Below are positions 57,561 to 64,000 of a stretch of 64,000 bases of DNA, piece after piece (the stretch's first letter is position 1; each line of letters begins with the position of its first letter). The notes beneath the pieces were generated by a model that saw nothing but the letters and a program-made list of their open reading frames with translations, ran no database searches and had not been told where the DNA came from. A program made the position numbers and the translations under genes. The DNA lies in assembly GCA_964016885.1 (NCBI GenBank), contig OZ024763.1:27528001-27592000 (forward strand). The letters run 5' to 3'. This stretch comes from Eledone cirrhosa (lineage: Eukaryota).

Positions 57561-57624
57561 CTGTCTGTACGTCTGTCTGTTTCTCTGCCCCTCTCTCTCT
57601 GTATATGTACCCTCCCACCCCCCG

Positions 57625-57657
<33 letters not shown>

Positions 57658-57739
57658 CACACTATATATTTCCCTATATGTGTTACTCTGTCTGCCCCTC
57701 TTTCTCTCCAAAATATCTGTCCTTCCATTCCGTAAACTC

Positions 57740-57801
<62 letters not shown>

Positions 57802-58072
57802 CATTGTTATTGTTTTAATTTTAGTATTACTAGCAATTATCCTCCTCCTCCTCCTCATCATCCTTCCAACCTCCTCATCATCCTTCCAACCTCCTCCTTT
57901 TCTTCCCACCCTCCTCCTCCTCCTCTTAATACAAATAATAGTAATAATTGTTTCTACTTTTGGCACAAAGCCAGCAAAGCCCACAGTGTATTACTGGTAC
58001 TTTATTTTATCGACCACGTAAGGATGAAAGGCAAAACTAATTGTTGTTATAATAATAATAATAATAAAATTA

Positions 58073-58109
<37 letters not shown>

Positions 58110-58110
<1 letters not shown>

Positions 58111-58362
58111 CTTGAGTCTCAGTCATTGATGTTAGTTAACTGGAAAGTCCGTTGGAATGAATATCAAGCCACTACCTGCAGCCTCAGATATTCAGGACGT
58201 ATCGGAGGGTTCTTGCTGTTCCCAGCAAGCATGCCTTTTGAAGCGTTCCAAAAAGCGTGAAGGGGCCGATTTTCTTTAACCATCCCTGGAAACTTTTGGA
58301 GATAGTCCCCAGTGCGCCTATGACAATCGGGATCACTTTGACTTCATGGCAGTTCCAAATCC
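58110..58362 (-). mobile_element. Short 3' copy of the R4/Dong-type element in (TAA)n
   Basis: Reverse complement of about 38497-38748; (TTA)n on both sides. Confidence 0.9.
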
Positions 58363-58524
58363 ATTATTATTATTATTATTATTATTATCATTATTATTAT
58401 TATTATCATTATTATCATTATTATTATTATTATTCGAGAGACGACCAGATAATATAAAAAATTACATTTAAAATATATATATATAACTAAAAATGTAATT
58501 AAACAAAGACATTGTATCCCCCCA

Positions 58525-58559
<35 letters not shown>

Positions 58560-59107
58560 GCATCAACAACATCAACAACAGCAGCAACAACGATAACAGC
58601 AACAACAACAATAACAGCAACAACAACAACAACAACAGCAACAACAATAACACTAGCAACAACAACAACAGCAACAACAATAACAATAGCAACAACAACA
58701 ACAACAGAAACAACAATAACAATAGCAACAACAACAACAGAAACAACAATAACAATAGCAACAACAACAACAGAAACAACAATAACAACAACAGCAACAA
58801 CAACAATCCTAAATAAAAAACAAAATGAAAACACACACGAAACTGACAAGAACAAGGAGAAATTGATGGATAGAGAGAGTGGGTAACCAGATGGGTAGAG
58901 AGAGGGAGGGGGAAGGGGAGAGAGACAGATGGGCAGGGAGAGGGAGAGGCACAGGTGGGTAGATAGAGGGAGGGGGAAGGGGAGAGAGACAGATGGGCAG
59001 AGAGAGTAAGAGCAAGAGAGAGAGAGAGAAAGAGCGAAAGAGAGAGAATAGAAGGGAGAGAGAGAGAAATATACAGATAGATAGGCTGATAGAACAACCT
59101 AAAGAGT

Positions 59108-59141
<34 letters not shown>

Positions 59142-59295
59142 GAGAGAGAGGGGGGGGGGGGGAGAAACAAAGAGAGAGAAAATGGGGAAGAGAAAGCTAG
59201 AGATTAGGGTAGAGAGGTTGAGAGAAAGAACGAAGTCGAGAGATAGAGAGAGAGAATCAGAGAGAGAATGAAAGAAGAGAGAGAGAGAGAGTGAG

Positions 59296-59347
<52 letters not shown>

Positions 59348-59348
59348 G

Positions 59349-59452
<104 letters not shown>

Positions 59453-59470
59453 TATATATATATAAATATA

Positions 59471-59567
59471 CAGGGTGTCCCGCAAAAATGTATACACACT
59501 TTGATTACCTGTACAGGCAATATTTATTAGAATGGTGTTGAAGTGTGTATACCATTTTTGGCGACAC
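59471..59567. mobile_element. Tc1/mariner-type MITE (~100 bp) with TA flanks
   Basis: TIRs cagggtgtcccgcaaaaatgtatacacactt / aagtgtgtataccatttttggcgacact; a diverged relative is at about 18851-18930. Confidence 0.65.
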
Positions 59568-59754
59568 TATATATAGAGAGAGAGAGTGAGAGAGACAGAG
59601 AGAGAGAGAGAGAGACAGAGCTAGAGCGAGAGAGTGAGAGAGAGAGAGAGAGCCAGAGTGAGGGGAAGAAGAGAAGGAAAGGGACAGAACAACTGCAAGA
59701 AAGGGGAAGGTTTGATTCGGTTTTGCTTCGGGTTTGCTCGTTTGGTTCGGTTCC

Positions 59755-59880
59755 GTTAAATTTATGTCAGGTCAATAAACTGTGGTTTGTTAGCGAGCCA
59801 TGATTAATTACCTCCCCTTGGCAGAGGTCATCTCGGTCGGCGGCCATTACCTTGTAAACTGATTGACAGGTAATTTCCAG
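59755..59880. promoter_or_regulatory. Candidate developmental enhancer
   Basis: TGATTGACAG at 59860, TGATTAAT at 59801, AGGTCA at 59769 and 59825, TGTGGTT at 59781 and TGTAAAC at 59853, in a non-repetitive island. Confidence 0.35.
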
Positions 59881-60360
59881 CAACAAAACGCCCCTCCCAC
59901 CTCTGTCTGTCTGCGCCCTCTCTCTCTCTGTCGCTCTCTCTCTCTCTCTCACTCTTTCTCCCTCACAATCCTTACTCTTTTCCTTCCTTCCCCTCTCTTT
60001 TCGCTATACCACCCTTCCTCCTCTCTTTCCCCCTTCTTCTCCTTCTCGATCTCGCGTCTTTCCTTTTTCCAAATTTTATCATTCATCGAACGAAGGAACG
60101 AACGAGACTCCGCACGTGTTTCACTCTCCCTAACACACCTTCCCCAACTACAACTGCCACCTCCTATCAAATTGCTACTCTTCCTTCTACTCTTCCTCCT
60201 CCTCCTTCTTCTCTTTTCTCATTTATTTCTTATGCTCCCATCACAACCCCGGCACCGAACACTTCGATCCTAGCGGCGCCGCTGCCGCAGAGGCACACAC
60301 CTCGTTACTAAGATCCAACTTTTTACCCGCTTCCAACTGTTCTATCTTTCAATGTATCTA

Positions 60361-60398
<38 letters not shown>

Positions 60399-60421
60399 CA
60401 TTTCCCTCTTTTTCCCCTTAC

Positions 60422-60480
<59 letters not shown>

Positions 60481-60481
<1 letters not shown>

Positions 60482-61134
60482 ACGCTGATCAGGAAAGACG
60501 AGAACAAGGGCGACGAAATTAACAACTTCAGGCCCATAACTCTGTCTTTGAAAGGTCGAGCGGAGGTGGCGAACACTTCCATAGCGTCCGTCATCTACTA
60601 CCGCTTGACTGTCGTGCCTTGTCCCCGTGAACACCTCGCCAAGATGGAACGCATGCTCTTCCAGTTTCTGTGGAAGAAGCAGGCTCCGCTGGTGAGGAGA
60701 TCCGTCTGCTGTCATTGAGAGGACTGGGGACAGATGCCTTTCTCTCAGGACAACAATTGATTCCCTTCTTTAAGTATCACTTTAGAAGGAGAATCAGGGT
60801 GGAGAGAGAGGCACTGCACCCCAGTAAATTTACTGAAAGGTGGGTGAATGAAGCGAAAATGGCCCGAGTGATTGGGCCTTCCCTGTTTATAAGCCTGTAG
60901 GTTGAAGATGAGAGCAAAAGGAAGAAAGGAGCACTTGCACAACACGCTCCTGAAGTTGAGGGTTGTTCTATCTACGGGGTATTAAACAACCCATTTGTGG
61001 CGCCTCCCCCCTATTGGGGATTTCGATTGTTGTAATTGTTTGTTTTTATATTTTTTACACGACTGTATGTAAAATCTCCGGCATGTCTTTGTATTGTCCC
61101 CTTTTCTTGTGTGCCCTTGTGGCAAATAAAGAAA
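60481..61134 (+). mobile_element. Tx1/L1-like copy with two large internal deletions, in (TCTA)n
   Basis: TLIRKDENKGDEINNFRPITL | SLKGRAEVAN...FLWKK...CC | LRGLGTDAF...FTERW...ISL* plus a 3'UTR matching 56569-56805. Confidence 0.85.
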
Positions 61135-61182
61135 TATATCTATCTATCTATCTATCTACCCCCCCCCCTATATCTCTCTCTC

Positions 61183-61254
<72 letters not shown>

Positions 61255-61479
61255 CCTATCTATCTATCTATCTATCTTGATAGAGTAAGACACGCTTCGC
61301 ATCGGCTCCGCTATTCCATCGGGATTTACCCTTACTATTGTAAGTACCGGATAAATTTTTTAGTGCAACACATTTGGAACACTAACCCCTGTTATTTAGG
61401 GAAACATTTTTGCATTTACCCCCTTTTTAGGGGGTAAAATAAATATCTATTTTTGCCGAAAAATTTCTTTCTTGGCAGC

Positions 61480-63543
61480 ATGGCGGAAAAGATGGCAGAC
61501 ATGTCTGCCATTAGCTCTGCCACGCCCCCCAAGTCTGAAGAACAAAAAATAATTACAACAAAATTAGACATTGAAACAAACAAACAAAATGAAAAAACAA
61601 ATGTTAAGGAAAATGAGCAAACAGAAAACAAACAAACAGAAAATAATACAAATAACGACAGGGCAACTTTCGCCCAGAAAACAAAACAATCCATTACATA
61701 CACACCAATTGACCTAACTGCCGCCAGAGAAAAACTGGCCGAAGCAAAGAAACACATTGTTTTGGGGGAGAACGGAATGTTTTCCATTAACTCCCCCCCA
61801 GAATTCAAGAAAGCCAGAGCAGAAAACACAGTTCTCTACAGAACTATACTGAACCAGACAAGAAAGCCAGCACAGCCCAGCCAAATGGAAATAGAGTTAG
61901 TCCTAAAAGACTATATGAAGAATATTCTCTTCATACGAAAGGACCGACTCTATGGCAGCATTTCGGTCCTAACAAGAGACAAAGAAACGGCGGAGAAGCT
62001 TTCCCTAAGCCCACTCTCATCGACAACATATAGCTTCTATCCATCCTACATGGGTAGAAGAACACAGAGAGTAAAAGTAAAAACAATGCTGCCCACAATG
62101 GACTTCTGGTGGGCTATTGCTGGCTTCATTGATATGGGCGAAGACACAATGCTGTCAATGGGGAAGGCAACTGGAGATGCGTTCCTGGGAATGGGCCTCG
62201 ACATACTAGTCCAAATGAGGCCCGAAAGAATAGCACAAATCCCGGTTCGCATCTGGCTGGATGACCTTACCCCAATAGACATAATTGTAGAGGGGAGAAG
62301 ACCAGCATGCTATTTATGCATGGAAAGGGGACACGTTAAGGCTAACTGCCCGAAACGTATCCCCCAAAAAGGACTATTGCCCACACCCACCACAAACAGT
62401 ACACCAACACCACCCACCTCCAAAAATACACTAATACCACACACAGCAAACAAAATACAGACACCACCAACCACAAACACAACACAAACATCACCACCAC
62501 CAGCACCAAACACAAGCACGACACAACAATCACCACCACCAACCACAACACAAACATCACCACCACCATCACCAACCACAAGCACGACACAAACATTACC
62601 ACCACTACCACAAAACCCATTCCAAACAAATAATAAAAAAAACAGTAACAAATCTACCCCTCCCGCAAAAAAAAAACAACCACACAACACGTCCCTCCCA
62701 CCTAGCGCTGAAGAGTTTCCCCCAACTTCTGAAGAAGAAGGAGGAGAAGCCTTCAGACAAGTTAAAAGAAAAAAAAGAAAACACACACCCAGCACACCAC
62801 AAATAACCCACACACAAACACCAACTCCAATCAAAAACACCCCACCCTCAACAAACAAAAATAAATCTGCGCCTCCCCTCTCCGAAACATTGACAGCATC
62901 ACAAAAAAAGACGTTGCAATACACATATATAAATAAAGAAAACAAAAAACTGGTTAAATTAATAAACAATAACCCTATGGTGCAGACCGAAGGGCCAAAC
63001 TTTATCTCAACAGAGAACTTCACCCATTTAAAAATGATAAAGGTCCCTCTGCACCTTTATCGTTCCTTAAAAGAACAATTTAGACGGGACGTGAGCCCCC
63101 CCTGTTTAAAACCGTTGAATCGCGTCCTCTTGAAAGATTTCCTCATAACCGCCCCTCTCCCTGACACAACTCCAAATACCCCAACCCCACCACACACGTG
63201 TACCCCCACACCACCACAAAACATCCCTCCACCCAACACACCTGATGCCATGGAAATTACGCAACCCGGAGAGGTAAGTGCTTTTCTTTCTTCACTTTCA
63301 ACACCAAAAATAGATCAATTGAGAGTTGGCTGTTTGAACGCGCGTGGCCTGGGCTCAGCTTGGAAGCAAGCAAAGCTTCTAAGTGACCTCAGGTCACAAA
63401 GTATAGATGTGATGGTTGTTTGCGAGAGTCGGATCAGCAGCGTGAGACAGCTGGCGCCCGCCTTCGATGACTTTGAGATGCACGCATCTCTCTGTCAACC
63501 CGGAGGCGGGGGGGGGGGGGGGAGTTGCCGTACTGCTGGATAA
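61480..63543 (+). CDS. ORF1 (zinc-knuckle nucleic acid chaperone) continuous with the APE endonuclease N-terminus
   Basis: CYLCMERGHVKANC (CX2CX4HX4C) at 62308-62349, a Pro/Thr linker, FRQVKRKKRK, then LRVGCLNARGL and IDVMVVCESR. The frame breaks at the G15 run 63508-63522. Confidence 0.8.
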   Translation: MAEKMADMSAISSATPPKSEEQKIITTKLDIETNKQNEKTNVKENEQTENKQTENNTNNDRATFAQKTKQSITYTPIDLTAAREKLAEAKKHIVLGENGMFSINSPPEFKKARAENTVLYRTILNQTRKPAQPSQMEIELVLKDYMKNILFIRKDRLYGSISVLTRDKETAEKLSLSPLSSTTYSFYPSYMGRRTQRVKVKTMLPTMDFWWAIAGFIDMGEDTMLSMGKATGDAFLGMGLDILVQMRPERIAQIPVRIWLDDLTPIDIIVEGRRPACYLCMERGHVKANCPKRIPQKGLLPTPTTNSTPTPPTSKNTLIPHTANKIQTPPTTNTTQTSPPPAPNTSTTQQSPPPTTTQTSPPPSPTTSTTQTLPPLPQNPFQTNNKKNSNKSTPPAKKKQPHNTSLPPSAEEFPPTSEEEGGEAFRQVKRKKRKHTPSTPQITHTQTPTPIKNTPPSTNKNKSAPPLSETLTASQKKTLQYTYINKENKKLVKLINNNPMVQTEGPNFISTENFTHLKMIKVPLHLYRSLKEQFRRDVSPPCLKPLNRVLLKDFLITAPLPDTTPNTPTPPHTCTPTPPQNIPPPNTPDAMEITQPGEVSAFLSSLSTPKIDQLRVGCLNARGLGSAWKQAKLLSDLRSQSIDVMVVCESRISSVRQLAPAFDDFEMHASLCQPGGGGGGGSCRTAG

Positions 63544-64000
63544 ACGTCTGACTCTCGACGTACAGATTGTTCACTCGGACCCGGGGGGTCGATTACTGGT
63601 GCTGGACGTCGGAGGCGGTGAAGGCGGGGCTTTCAGACTGGTCGGTCTTTATGCTCCCTTCGGGGCGGAAAGAGCCGACTTCTTCCAACGTCTGGAGACT
63701 TTTCTAGGAACGTCGCGTTCCCTGCTTTTAGTGGGGGACTGGAATGGAATCCTAGATGCGCGTTGGGACTATGCAGGGGCATGTCCCGATAGAGGGGGGT
63801 GTAGCAGCCTCAAGGGGTTACTCGATCGATTCGACCTGGTCGATAGGTTTCGACTAGATTGTCCAACTGCGCCAACCTGGACCTGGGCAAACCGCAGTGG
63901 ACAATCTAGATCGTACCTAGATAGGTTTTTGGTTAGGAGTAAGGATAGGGACGTATTTAGTTGTCCAGAACTGATCATGGTTGGCTATTCAGATCACAAA
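63521..64000 (+). CDS. APE endonuclease continuation after the poly-G frameshift (partial)
   Basis: Open to the window end: GVAVLL, DPGGRLL, LYAP, GDWN, DRFR, TWTW, SYLDRF, SDHK. Confidence 0.85.

Larger units (their letters stand above)
61278..64000 (+). mobile_element. 5' part of a young Tx1/L1-like LINE, running off the window
   Basis: Follows (TCTA)n; ~200 nt 5'UTR, a gag-like ORF with a CCHC knuckle, then an APE domain. Confidence 0.85.

Noticed and set aside
63274-63313. 40 nt GT-AG micro-intron in the Tx1 ORF
   Set aside because: Very short, and removal would shift the frame; only the donor is kept as a hypothesis.

Overview
Eukaryotic (metazoan) repeat-dense DNA with no recognisable host protein gene. 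The SINE and MITE families resemble ones I recall from octopus genomes; this is an inference, not a database result. Most ORFs in the track are microsatellite artefacts. Real content: (1) about a dozen short hairpin-plus-tail remnants of Penelope-like elements (PLEs) inserted in (TA)n, several with minimal type I hammerhead ribozyme cores and most sharing a YYGAGTRC motif about 40-55 nt from the tail end; (2) Tx1/L1-like LINEs next to (TCTA)n or (ATT)n, including the 5' end of a young copy at 61.3-64 kb whose zinc-knuckle ORF1 runs in frame into the APE endonuclease; (3) R4/Dong-type RLE LINE ends in (TAA)n; (4) RTE-type LINE ends and bipartite RTE-derived SINEs; (5) tRNA-derived SINEs and hAT, piggyBac and Tc1-type MITEs; (6) tandem arrays, several built from TE pieces (31, 117, 123, 194 bp units), a 40-copy 109 bp satellite and a 3.6 kb pentamer array. 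One candidate 76 nt exon and one motif-dense candidate enhancer suggest this is intronic or regulatory DNA. All coordinates were read by eye and may be off by a few bases.
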